Counted from the stretch's first letter, positions 1-7,582 are shown. The stretch: DNA of 32,000 nt from Candidatus Methanophagaceae archaeon (GCA_003194425.1 PQXB01000001.1:1049810-1081809); one strand, 5' to 3'. Notes: generated from the sequence alone by a model not told the origin. Program-made: numbers and translations.

Positions 1-1
1 G

Positions 2-343
2 GACGCAGTGAAGCGGATGCCGAGAGGCGATGTCATTAGCGAGGAAATCCTCGGCGACTACAAAGAGGCGTCAAAAGACATTAAGGGACACCTCTACCAC
101 GTTTACGGCAACCTCGTCCTCCCAAAAGGCGAGTGGACTTCTGTTACCGAGTCTGCTCGAGGCACGCTCCTCTACTCAATCCTGAGCGACGGCGACTCAA
201 ATGTGCCCTACCGCGTCAGAATTGTAACCCCGTGCTGGATGAATCTGCGGGGAATTATTGAGGCTTCAAAAGGAGAGCGGGTAGCCGACTTCTGGTCAAT
301 CTACGGCAGCTTCGGCTACTTCCCGCCAGAAGCGGACAGGTGA
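2..343 (+). CDS. nuoD: C-terminal fragment of the NuoD/FpoD/FqoD-type 49-kDa subunit of an F420H2/NADH:quinone oxidoreductase (5' end outside the window)
   Basis: The frame is open from the window edge. The conserved NuoD C-terminus is present (...PYRVRIVTPCWMNLRGI...SIYGSFGYFPPEADR). nuoH and nuoI homologues follow directly. Confidence 0.8.
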   Translation, partial: DAVKRMPRGDVISEEILGDYKEASKDIKGHLYHVYGNLVLPKGEWTSVTESARGTLLYSILSDGDSNVPYRVRIVTPCWMNLRGIIEASKGERVADFWSIYGSFGYFPPEADR

Positions 344-348
344 GAAGA

Positions 349-420
349 AAGGAGAGGTAAAAGGAGAAGTAAAAGGAGTGGTGAAAGGAGTGGTGAAAGG
401 AGTGGTGAAGAAGGAGAGCT
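349..420. repeat. 12-nt tandem array (about 6 units, 3 perfect: aaggagtggtga at 373-408) filling the nuoD-nuoH intergenic gap
   Basis: Read directly: aaggagaggtaa aaggagaagtaa a|aggagtggtgaa x3 then gaaggagagct. Every unit carries an AAGGAG SD-like core. Confidence 0.9.
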
Positions 421-425
421 AAAAA

Positions 426-1565
426 ATGCAAATACAAATACAGGAAGCAGTAAATCAAATAATGAGTGCAGTAGCGAGCAATCAGGTGAATGTGCCACTT
501 TTACAGCCGATTCTCGACTTGGTGGCACAAATTCCAATGGCAGGTTTCCTGGTCTCGTTCGTTCTTTGGAAGCCGTTTTTCGCAGCCCTGATTTGCCCGG
601 GGCTTTCTACACTCGGGATTTTGCTGCTCGTCTTCCCGTGGGTTGAGAGAAAGCTCTGCGGTAGGATTCAGTGGCGGGTCGGGCCGCACGAGATTGTGTG
701 GTGGCTGGGCGGGCTACCGCAAATAATGGCAGACTCAGTCAAGTTCCTCTTCCAAGAAGTGATTGTGCACAAGGACGCAGACCGACCTTACTACCTGCAG
801 TTCCCGTTCCTCTCGTTCATCGCCGCCCTCCTCCCGCTGCTCTTCATCAGTGCAGGAAATATTATCGCAATAGAAACGCCCTACGCGATACAGTTAATGC
901 TGGCGTTGATCTGTCTCTTCCCTCTCTTTATTCTCGGTCTCGGCTGGGCGTCTAACAACAGATTCTCGTTCATCGGGACCGTGCGGGAGGCGTTTATGTC
1001 TTTCGCCTACGAGATTCCGTTCATCATTGCGGTTCTCGCGATGATCGTTCTGTACGGCACTTCTAATCCGCTGCAGATGTCAAGCACAGGCGGACTGTTG
1101 GAGTGGGGACTTTTCCGTAATCCTGTTGCAGCATTCACATTTTTTGTCGCTGCTGCGATGGCGACTTCGCGGCTGCCCTTTGAAATCGCGGAGGCGGAGC
1201 AGGAGTTAGCTGCGGGACCGCATGTTGAGTATTCTGGGATTTCGTTCGGGCTCATTTATGTAATGTGCTACGAGAAGGCGTATATTTTGAGCGGCTTGAT
1301 GACGATTTTATTTCTTGGCGGGGGCAGCGGTCCTGCAATTTCGGGGCTTGGCGACCTCTCGGGTGCGGTGTGGTTCTTGGCGAAGACGGTGGTTGTGATG
1401 ACGACTTTGTTTGCTCTTCGGACGATTTACCCGCGGTACAGGCTTGACCAGGGTTTGAAAATCGGCTGGGGTGCGATGATTTCGTTGTCGCTGGTCGCAC
1501 TTGCGTTGTCGGTTGTGATTGTGTTGGTGCAGGGAGGAATTGGTGGTGTAGAGGGAGTGGTGTAG
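426..1565 (+). CDS. nuoH: Membrane subunit H (NuoH/FpoH/FqoH) of a complex-I-like oxidoreductase
   Basis: 379-aa polytopic ORF with the NuoH hallmark ...VERKLCGRIQWRVGPHEI...GLPQIMADSVKFLFQE. The true start may lie at a downstream Met. Confidence 0.9.
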   Translation: MQIQIQEAVNQIMSAVASNQVNVPLLQPILDLVAQIPMAGFLVSFVLWKPFFAALICPGLSTLGILLLVFPWVERKLCGRIQWRVGPHEIVWWLGGLPQIMADSVKFLFQEVIVHKDADRPYYLQFPFLSFIAALLPLLFISAGNIIAIETPYAIQLMLALICLFPLFILGLGWASNNRFSFIGTVREAFMSFAYEIPFIIAVLAMIVLYGTSNPLQMSSTGGLLEWGLFRNPVAAFTFFVAAAMATSRLPFEIAEAEQELAAGPHVEYSGISFGLIYVMCYEKAYILSGLMTILFLGGGSGPAISGLGDLSGAVWFLAKTVVVMTTLFALRTIYPRYRLDQGLKIGWGAMISLSLVALALSVVIVLVQGGIGGVEGVV

Positions 1566-1614
1566 AGGGAGTGGTGTAGAGGGAGTAGTGTAGAGGGAGT
1601 AGTGTAGGTAGAGT
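1545..1614. repeat. 14-nt tandem array (ggtgtagagggagt x3 perfect plus 2 degenerate) spanning the nuoH stop codon
   Basis: Units at 1545-1558, 1559-1572 and 1573-1586 are identical. Units at 1587-1600 and 1601-1614 are diverged. The nuoH stop TAG (1563-1565) lies inside unit 2. Confidence 0.92.
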
Positions 1615-1633
1615 AAGGAAGAGAGGTGTAAAT

Positions 1634-2392
1634 ATGAAAAAGGTTTCAGTTTCGGAACAGGGCTTGGTAGAGAAGGCAAAGAGGCACGCAGCCGCCGTAG
1701 GAGTGGCGATGAAGGAATCGGTAACGCCGCTGACTGCGACGGTGTTTTATCCGAGAGAGAGGAAGAAGATGCCGGACAATTTCCGTGGCTACCTCTTGTT
1801 CGACCCTGAGAAGTGCATAAACTGTTGGGAGTGTGCTTTTATTTGCCCTGCAAACGCGATTCAAATGAAAAAGGCACCGGCACCGAACAACCGCTTTTAC
1901 CCGACGGTAGACTACGGTAAGTGCATTTTCTGCCACTTTTGCATCGATTCCTGCTCTGGCGGTGCGTTGAGGACGACGAAGATTCACGATGTCGCCTACA
2001 GGGAAATGGGGGAGATGCTGACGCTTACCGAGGAGATGATTGAGCCGCCGGAGATAATTCGCGAGGACAAGAAGTCGGTGGAGTATGAAATTGAGAAGGA
2101 CGATTTGCACTTGAAGAGGACGCGAGAGGTAGACGGTCTTTTCGTCGAACCGACGCCGCCGGTGGAGATTCCTATGGTGAGTCAGTGCGTCGACAGGGCG
2201 AGCTGTCTCGGCTGTCGGGTCTGCGAAGAGGTCTGCGAGAGCGGTGCGATTTCGTCTTCTTCGGCAGAGGGGGTGTTGGAAGCAGAAGGGGTGTTGAGAA
2301 TGAAAATAGATATTGAGAAGTGCACGGGCTGCGGGTTGTGCGTTAAGGAGTGTTCGATGCAGATTTTACGGCTTGTTAGAAGAGGGAAGTGA
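1634..2392 (+). CDS. nuoI: NuoI/FpoI/FqoI-type 2x[4Fe-4S] subunit with an extra C-terminal 2x[4Fe-4S] ferredoxin domain
   Basis: NuoI core: CINCWECAFICP...CIFCHFCIDSCS. A second pair of CxxCxxCxxxC motifs lies in the C-terminal ~70 aa (CLGCRVCEEVCE...CTGCGLCVKECS). At 252 aa it is longer than typical NuoI. Confidence 0.85.
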   Translation: MKKVSVSEQGLVEKAKRHAAAVGVAMKESVTPLTATVFYPRERKKMPDNFRGYLLFDPEKCINCWECAFICPANAIQMKKAPAPNNRFYPTVDYGKCIFCHFCIDSCSGGALRTTKIHDVAYREMGEMLTLTEEMIEPPEIIREDKKSVEYEIEKDDLHLKRTREVDGLFVEPTPPVEIPMVSQCVDRASCLGCRVCEEVCESGAISSSSAEGVLEAEGVLRMKIDIEKCTGCGLCVKECSMQILRLVRRGK

Positions 2393-2411
2393 GAAGGAGG
2401 TGAAAAAGAGA

Positions 2412-3491
2412 ATGGCAGCAGTAGCAGCAGAGACAACAACAGGGCAGTCGGAATGGGAAGTGGCGGTTCCCGAGAAACCGCTGAAGGAGAAGGTGTATTT
2501 TGAGAATCTGAAGGCGCAGGTGATTGACACGGAGTTGTGCAGTCGGTGTTTGACCTGCGCGGCTGTCTGCCCTGCCCTGCCTGAGGGGATAACTTTAACG
2601 GCAGACGACAAAGTGGGTTTCCCGGACTACGAGGAGAAGTGTCTTGACTGCGGTGCGTGTGTGCGTGTCTGCCCGCGGTTTGAGTACGAGCCGAAGAGCG
2701 GGCTGGGAGAGTACACAGACTTCATCGCAGGGCAGTCAAAACGGTTCAAAGGGCAGGACGGAGCAATGGTAACCGAACTCATCGTCTCTGCGATTGAAAT
2801 GGGGCTGATTGACCGTGGCTTGTTTGTGGGCAGGGACAACAGGTGGGCGACCAACATCTTCCACGTGCGCGACCCCGAGCAACTCGCGATTACAACGCTC
2901 GGCGGGACGAAATACACTTTTGCAAGCGTGCTTCCGGAGTTGAAGCGAGCGGTGCTGCTGACGAAGAGCGGTGTGGGTGTCGTCGGGACGCCGTGCATCG
3001 TCTCGGGCGTCAGAAAGCTGCAGCAGGAATTCCCGATTTTCCGCGAGAAGGTGAAACTCGTTGTCGGGCTGTTCTGCACCGAGAATTTTCACCACACCGA
3101 GATTTCTGACTACCTGCAGAAGAAGGGCGTAGATTTCTCGAAACTCGTAAAGACCGACATAACGATGGGTAAGTTCATCGCCACGATGACTAACAAGACG
3201 GTGAAGTTCAAGGTGAAGGCACTTGAGAAGATTCTTCCAAGCGGCTGCAATGTTTGTACTGATTTTACCGCGGTCGAAGCCGACGCGAGCGTGGGCAGCG
3301 TGGGCAGCGCAGCGGGATTCTCGACCGTAGCGGTGCGCAACGAAAACGCACGCAGAGTTGTAGAGTTCATTAAAAAGCGGGGCTACGCGGATTTTGGCGA
3401 GGGAAAGCCGGAAGAGCTGGCGTTCCTTGTCGGGCATAAGAAGAAGCGGGCGGAGAACATTCCGGGATTCCAGGACCAGGAAGATAAATGA
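2412..3491 (+). CDS. fpoF: F420H2 dehydrogenase subunit F-like protein (FpoF/FqoF; FrhB-family F420-binding domain with an N-terminal 2x[4Fe-4S])
   Basis: N-terminal CSRCLTCAAVCP...CLDCGACVRVCP, followed by an FrhB-like domain (GTKYTFASV...VGVVGTPCIVSG...GLFCTENF). Start set at ATG 2412, which is preceded by aggaggtga. The track ORF start at 2313 overlaps nuoI. Confidence 0.85.
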   Translation: MAAVAAETTTGQSEWEVAVPEKPLKEKVYFENLKAQVIDTELCSRCLTCAAVCPALPEGITLTADDKVGFPDYEEKCLDCGACVRVCPRFEYEPKSGLGEYTDFIAGQSKRFKGQDGAMVTELIVSAIEMGLIDRGLFVGRDNRWATNIFHVRDPEQLAITTLGGTKYTFASVLPELKRAVLLTKSGVGVVGTPCIVSGVRKLQQEFPIFREKVKLVVGLFCTENFHHTEISDYLQKKGVDFSKLVKTDITMGKFIATMTNKTVKFKVKALEKILPSGCNVCTDFTAVEADASVGSVGSAAGFSTVAVRNENARRVVEFIKKRGYADFGEGKPEELAFLVGHKKKRAENIPGFQDQEDK

Positions 3492-3572
3492 AAAGTGTGT
3501 AGTGTAAGTCTGAGTGTAGTGTAGTCTCGGCAAGTTTTGTTTCTGTCGTTGAGAGTTTTTTATTTTTTATCT

Positions 3573-3587
3573 AAATTATATTTAATA
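3573..3587 (+). promoter_or_regulatory. Putative archaeal TATA box for tfe
   Basis: The AT-rich aaattatatttaata is centred ~26-28 nt upstream of ATG 3606. That spacing fits a leaderless or short-leader transcript. Confidence 0.3.
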
Positions 3588-3605
3588 GTGGTGAGAGAGT
3601 TAGAG

Positions 3606-4118
3606 ATGTTAGAGCCAGAGAACCTCGTAGTGCGGGAGTATTTCAGCAAGCTGCTCGGGAAAGAAGGGCTGAGAATACTGGAGACTGTTCCCGACGACGA
3701 AGAGATAACGGACGAAGAAATAGCACGGCTGAGCGAGACAAAACTAACTACTGTGCGACGGATGCTTTACACCTTGTACGAGAACCGAATAGCCGAGTAC
3801 AGGACGGAACGAGACGACGAGAGCGGTTGGATAACTTATTTGTGGCGGTTCAACCGCGAGAATATTAAAAAATTAATGCGGGCGGAGGCGGAGGAGCTGC
3901 TGAAGGATTTGGAGAGCCAGCTTGAAGAAGAACGCGAGGGCGTGTTTTACCAGTGTAACTGCCAGCGTGTCTTGTTTGAAGAGGCGGCGGCGAGGGAGTT
4001 TTGGTGCGACGAGTGTGGCTCGGATTTTGAGTTCGTTGAGAATTCTGGTGTGATAAAAGAGTTAAAAGAGGAAGTGGAAGAGATTGAGAAGTGGATGCAG
4101 GAGATAAAAAGAAAATAA
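3606..4118 (+). CDS. tfe: Transcription factor E, alpha subunit (TFE / TFIIE-alpha homologue)
   Basis: Winged-helix N-terminus (ITDEEIARLSETKLTTVRRMLYTLYENRIAEY...WITYLW) and a Zn-ribbon (CNC...CDEC). Start chosen at the internal ATG 3606 (MLEPEN...). Confidence 0.85.
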   Translation: MLEPENLVVREYFSKLLGKEGLRILETVPDDEEITDEEIARLSETKLTTVRRMLYTLYENRIAEYRTERDDESGWITYLWRFNRENIKKLMRAEAEELLKDLESQLEEEREGVFYQCNCQRVLFEEAAAREFWCDECGSDFEFVENSGVIKELKEEVEEIEKWMQEIKRK

Positions 4119-4606
4119 GGCGTGAGTGCGTGGCGTTACTGCGAGCGGCGGGGTGCGACGAGGCGGTTGTAAAACACTGCGTCGCGGTTGCTGAACTTGC
4201 TCTTGAGGTTGCTCGGCGTCACAACAGAGGAGTGGACAAGAGATTGGTTTTTGAGGGTGCGTTGCTGCACGACTTGGGCAGGGCTCGGTCGCACGGGGTT
4301 GAGCACGGGTTCGTGGGTGGCGAAATGGCGAAGGAGTTGGGGCTGGAGGAGAGAGTAGTAAGAATAATTCAGAGGCACGTGGGTGCGGGGCTAACCGCGG
4401 CGGAGGCAGAGCGGGCGGGGCTGCCGGCTGAGGATTTTATGCCTGAGACGACGGAGGAGAAAATAGTAGCAGACGCGGACAACTTGATCGACGGAGTGCG
4501 GAGAACGAGCGTAGAAGAGGCGGTCGAGGAGTTTAAGAGGAAATTGGGCGCGGGACACCCGACCGTAAAAAGGGTGGTAAAACTGCACGAGGAAGTGCAG
4601 GGGTAA
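4091..4606 (+). CDS. HD-domain metal-dependent phosphohydrolase (archaeal HDIG-type)
   Basis: H...HDLGR...H...D motif spacing typical of the HD superfamily. The start is ambiguous: GTG 4091 overlaps the tfe end, and an in-frame GTG at 4130 is the alternative. Confidence 0.7.
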   Translation: MDAGDKKKIRRECVALLRAAGCDEAVVKHCVAVAELALEVARRHNRGVDKRLVFEGALLHDLGRARSHGVEHGFVGGEMAKELGLEERVVRIIQRHVGAGLTAAEAERAGLPAEDFMPETTEEKIVADADNLIDGVRRTSVEEAVEEFKRKLGAGHPTVKRVVKLHEEVQG

Positions 4607-4610
4607 CGGA

Positions 4611-4676
4611 GCCGGGAAAGAGCGGGAAAGAGTGGGAAAGGGCGGGGAAGGGTGCTGGGGGGGTGAGGGGGGTGGT
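4611..4676. repeat. Degenerate ~10-nt periodic G-rich tract between convergent genes; G-quadruplex-prone on the + strand
   Basis: gccgggaaag agcgggaaag agtgggaaag ggcggggaag ggtgctgggg gggtgagggg ggtgg. At least 8 runs of G3-G7 fall within ~60 nt. Confidence 0.8.
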
Positions 4677-5035
4677 CACTCCCTCGTCAACGCCCTTTCC
4701 CTCAGTTTGTCCTTCAAGTCCAATTTCGTTAGCACGACATTCGAGGGGTGCAGGTGTCGCGGCACCTCCGACAAGTCCGACCTCGCCACAACAACGCCCT
4801 CCACTGTTATTTTTCCCCGCTTCAAGTCGACGGACCTCACTTTCCCCTCTTTTCCCTTCTCGTCGCCCCGCACTACCCTCACCGTGTCCCCCTTCTTCAC
4901 AGGGAGACTTCTCCGCTCGTATTTCTCCCGCAGCCCCTCTGAAAGAGGCGCACCCAAAAACTTGTGTCTTAAATGCAGCGGTGCGTTAAACCGCGCTTTC
5001 CTCTGCTTTCTCGGTTGTTTTGATTTCATTTTCAT
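4676..5035 (-). CDS. rpl24: 50S ribosomal protein uL24 (archaeal L24P)
   Basis: [35 protein letters not shown]...[20 protein letters not shown]...[12 protein letters not shown]...HPSNV matches archaeal L24 (KOW domain) along its whole length. Confidence 0.9.
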   Translation of the reverse strand: MKMKSKQPRKQRKARFNAPLHLRHKFLGAPLSEGLREKYERRSLPVKKGDTVRVVRGDEKGKEGKVRSVDLKRGKITVEGVVVARSDLSEVPRHLHPSNVVLTKLDLKDKLRERALTRE

Positions 5036-5145
5036 CTCCTCAAACTACCCCAACCCTCGCCTTCACTCTGCCGAAGGTCGTTTTCATTTCAATTATCCTT
5101 ATCTTCGTCCTCTTCGCTTTCATTTCCGTTTCTTCTGTTCTTTTT

Positions 5146-5158
5146 CAAATATAAAAGG
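5146..5158 (+). promoter_or_regulatory. Putative TATA box for the GGR gene
   Basis: caaatataaaagg lies ~30 nt upstream of ATG 5185. Confidence 0.3.
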
Positions 5159-5184
5159 ATTAGGGGTTTGTAAGGTTTTTTAGA

Positions 5185-6534
5185 ATGCTTAAGCTTAAGT
5201 ACGATGTCGTCGTCGTAGGCGGCGGTCCGGCAGGCTGCATTGCAGCGAAATACGCAGCGAAGTCCGGGGCTTCTACACTGCTCCTCGAGGAGCATTCTGA
5301 AATCGGCGAGCCTGTTCAGTGCGCAGGACTTCTAAGCCGGAGGGCTGTGGAAGAGAGCGAACTGCGAGAGACTAAAGCCTTCGTGAACTGCGAGTTAAAG
5401 GGCGCGGTTCTTTACCCTCCCTCACACGCCCTCACTCACGCCCTCGCCCCTGCCCCCTCCTCTGCCCCCTCCTCTGCCCCCTCCTCTGCTCACGCCTCTG
5501 CTCACGAACTGAGAATTGAGTCTCCTCCGTCGTCAGGGAAAAGGGCGTTCGCAGTGAGCAGGAGTGCGTTTGACAAGGAACTGGCGAGAGCGGCGCAGAA
5601 AGCGGGAGCGGAAATAATTCTAAAGACCAAAGTCAAGGCGGTGAAGAAGAAGGCAGGGGAGGCGGGGAAGGCGGGGCTAACGGTAAGCACGGCGGGAGAA
5701 GGGGAAATCGGGGCACGAGTCGTCGTCGGTGCGGACGGCGTGAGGAGTGTTGTCGCAAAGACCGCGGGGGCGGGGCGGGAGGTCACAAAAAACTTTTTGA
5801 CCTGCGTGCAAATTGAAGGAAAATACGAGGTAGACGAGCCTTTTGCAGAGATTTTCGTGGGCAGAACCGTCGCACCGGGCTTCTTTGCCTGGGCAATTCC
5901 GCTCGGAGAAAGTTCTGGCACTGCCCGAATCGGGCTCTGCATTGACAGAAGGTTCTCACCCAGTCCCAGCCCTCTGCCGTTTTTAAAGAAACTTTTGTCA
6001 AACCACCCTGTCGTCGCCAAGAAATTCAACGGCACCCGACTGAACCTTACCCGACTAAACCTTACGGCGGGGAGAATTCCCCTCGCTCTCCCTCGACCAC
6101 AAACGACGGTAAAGACGGTAAAAGACGGCGGAGCAGGGGTGCTGCTGGTCGGGGACGCGGCAGCGCAAGTCAAGCCAGTTACAGGCGGAGGCGTCTACTA
6201 CGGTCTGAAGTGCGGAAAAATTGCGGGGCAGACGGCGGCAAAGGCGTGCTTGAGCGGGGACGCGGAAGTGCTGCGGGAGTACGAAGAGCGGTGGCAGAAG
6301 GAAATCGGGCAGGAAATCGCGTTCGGGCTGAAAATTCACAGGCTGAGGTGCGTGCTCAGCGACAGGGACTTTAACGCACTCTGCAAAGCAGTCTCAAAAT
6401 ACGACCTGACGCGGCTTTTAACAGACTACGGGGACATTGACTACCCCTCGCTCGCGTTTCGTGAAGTCTTGAAAAATCCCGGAATCATCAAATTAATGGC
6501 GAAAAATGTCATAAAATATTTATATGCAAAATAA
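5185..6534 (+). CDS. Geranylgeranyl reductase family flavoprotein (digeranylgeranylglycerophospholipid reductase-like) carrying repeat-derived insertions
   Basis: N-terminal FAD fold YDVVVVGGGPAGCIAAKYAAKSGASTLLLE; also VVGADG and LLVGDAA...PVTGGG motifs. At 449 aa it is ~50 aa longer than usual because of the tandem-repeat segments. Confidence 0.85.
   Translation: MLKLKYDVVVVGGGPAGCIAAKYAAKSGASTLLLEEHSEIGEPVQCAGLLSRRAVEESELRETKAFVNCELKGAVLYPPSHALTHALAPAPSSAPSSAPSSAHASAHELRIESPPSSGKRAFAVSRSAFDKELARAAQKAGAEIILKTKVKAVKKKAGEAGKAGLTVSTAGEGEIGARVVVGADGVRSVVAKTAGAGREVTKNFLTCVQIEGKYEVDEPFAEIFVGRTVAPGFFAWAIPLGESSGTARIGLCIDRRFSPSPSPLPFLKKLLSNHPVVAKKFNGTRLNLTRLNLTAGRIPLALPRPQTTVKTVKDGGAGVLLVGDAAAQVKPVTGGGVYYGLKCGKIAGQTAAKACLSGDAEVLREYEERWQKEIGQEIAFGLKIHRLRCVLSDRDFNALCKAVSKYDLTRLLTDYGDIDYPSLAFREVLKNPGIIKLMAKNVIKYLYAK
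5451..5510. repeat. In-frame 12-nt tandem repeat (tgccccctcctc x3 perfect, then tgctcacgcctc / tgctcacgaact)
   Basis: Units 5451-5462, 5463-5474 and 5475-5486 are identical. They encode APSS x3 followed by AHAS AHE. Confidence 0.92.
6034..6063. repeat. In-frame 15-nt tandem repeat x2 (acccgactgaacctt / acccgactaaacctt)
   Basis: One mismatch between copies. Encodes TRLNL TRLNL inside GGR. Confidence 0.85.
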
Positions 6535-6591
6535 AAATTGACTTGCAAAGAAAGGCAAATAAGATAAAAAAATAGAGGAGAAGGCTTGAAA

Positions 6592-7140
6592 ATGGCGAGG
6601 ATGTACGCGAGGAGAAGGGGGAAATCAGGTTCTAACCGCCCGTTTAACTTTAGCCAGAGGGCTGCGGCTCAAGTGGCACCTGAGTGGGCGGGCTTGGGCT
6701 TGACAGCGGAGGAAGTGGAGACGAGAGTGGTTGACCTGTACAACCAAGGACGTTCGACGAGCGAAATCGGAATTACGCTGCGGGACAGCCACGGCGTGCC
6801 GAGCGTTGTAGTGCGGACAGGGAAGAAAATAACGAAGATTTTGAAGGAGCGGGGAGTTGTGCCTGGGTCTGCTGGGACTGGGACTGGGTCTGGGACTGGG
6901 TCTGGGTCTGGGACTGGGTCTGGGTCAGAACTACCCGAGGACCTTCAGAATTTGATGCGAAAAGCGTTGAAAATACGGAGGCACCTTGAAGAGAACAGGA
7001 AAGATCTGCACAACAAAAGGGCGTTGCAGTTGGTGGAATCCAAGATTAGACGGCTTACGAAGTACTACACGAGGAAGAAAGTCATACCTGCAGAGTGGCG
7101 GTACAAACCGGGGGCTGCAGAATTTGTGATGATGCGGTGA
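6592..7140 (+). CDS. rps15: 30S ribosomal protein uS15 (S15P/S13e) with an internal Gly-Thr/Gly-Ser repeat insertion
   Basis: MARMYARRRGKSGSNRPF... N-terminus and a C-terminal S15 fold (...LQLVESKIRRLTKYY). ATG 6592 is preferred over TTG 6586 and is preceded by gaggag. Confidence 0.92.
   Translation: MARMYARRRGKSGSNRPFNFSQRAAAQVAPEWAGLGLTAEEVETRVVDLYNQGRSTSEIGITLRDSHGVPSVVVRTGKKITKILKERGVVPGSAGTGTGSGTGSGSGTGSGSELPEDLQNLMRKALKIRRHLEENRKDLHNKRALQLVESKIRRLTKYYTRKKVIPAEWRYKPGAAEFVMMR
6865..6927. repeat. In-frame hexamer array (gggtct/gggact, ~10 units)
   Basis: gggtct gct gggact gggact gggtct gggact gggtct gggtct gggact gggtct gggtca. Encodes GSAGTGTGSGTGSGSGTGSGS. Confidence 0.92.
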
Positions 7141-7227
7141 AACGGGAAAAGGGAAACAGGAAAGGGGAAAGAGAGAAGAAAAGATGAACTTGGAAAATGA
7201 AGGCAGGAAAGAAGGAGGATTTTAACG

Positions 7228-7581
7228 GTGGGCACGGTTAAACCGAGGTACATAAAAAGATTGGGACAGCAGTTGCTGAGGGACGTGCAGGCGTTCACGG
7301 ACGACTTCGAGCTGAACAAGAAGTTAGTGACTGAGAACACGAACATTGAGAGCAAGGGCATAAGAAACCGAGTGGCGGGCTACATTACTCACAAGAAGAA
7401 GAGGACGCAGGAGGAAGCCGAAGAAGTTGAAGAATTAGTAGTAGAGGCAGCAGCGGAAGTTGAAGAAACGAAAGAAGCCGAAGAAGTTGAGGTAGCAGCG
7501 GAAGTTGAAGAAACGAAGGAAGTAGAAGAAACGAAGGAAGTAGAAGAAGTTGAGGAGGAGGGGAAAGGAGGGGGGAGTTAA
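7228..7581 (+). CDS. rps17e: 30S ribosomal protein eS17 with a ~55-aa repeat-built acidic C-terminal tail
   Basis: GTG start. (M)GTVKPRYIKRLGQQLL...NKKLV...IESKGIRNRVAGYITHKKK is the complete S17e core. The remainder is EEAEEVEE...EETKEVEETKEVEEVEEE. Confidence 0.9.
   Translation: MGTVKPRYIKRLGQQLLRDVQAFTDDFELNKKLVTENTNIESKGIRNRVAGYITHKKKRTQEEAEEVEELVVEAAAEVEETKEAEEVEVAAEVEETKEVEETKEVEEVEEEGKGGGS
7507..7542. repeat. In-frame 18-nt tandem repeat x2 (gaagaaacgaaggaagta) within a larger ~45-nt imperfect duplication (7412-7506)
   Basis: 7507-7524 equals 7525-7542. gaagccgaagaagttga and gcagcggaagttgaagaaacgaa each occur twice upstream. Confidence 0.88.
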
Positions 7582-7582
7582 A

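Noticed and set aside
2736-3533. Long antisense ORFs opposite well-supported genes, e.g. 2736-3533(-), 5502-6173(-), 10666-11259(-), 4632-5183(+), 28411-28929(+) and 28956-29414(+).
   Set aside because: Each lies entirely opposite a gene with strong family motifs. The translations are low-complexity (R/P/S/L-rich), as is typical of stop-poor antisense frames in GC-rich DNA. None has a recognisable domain.
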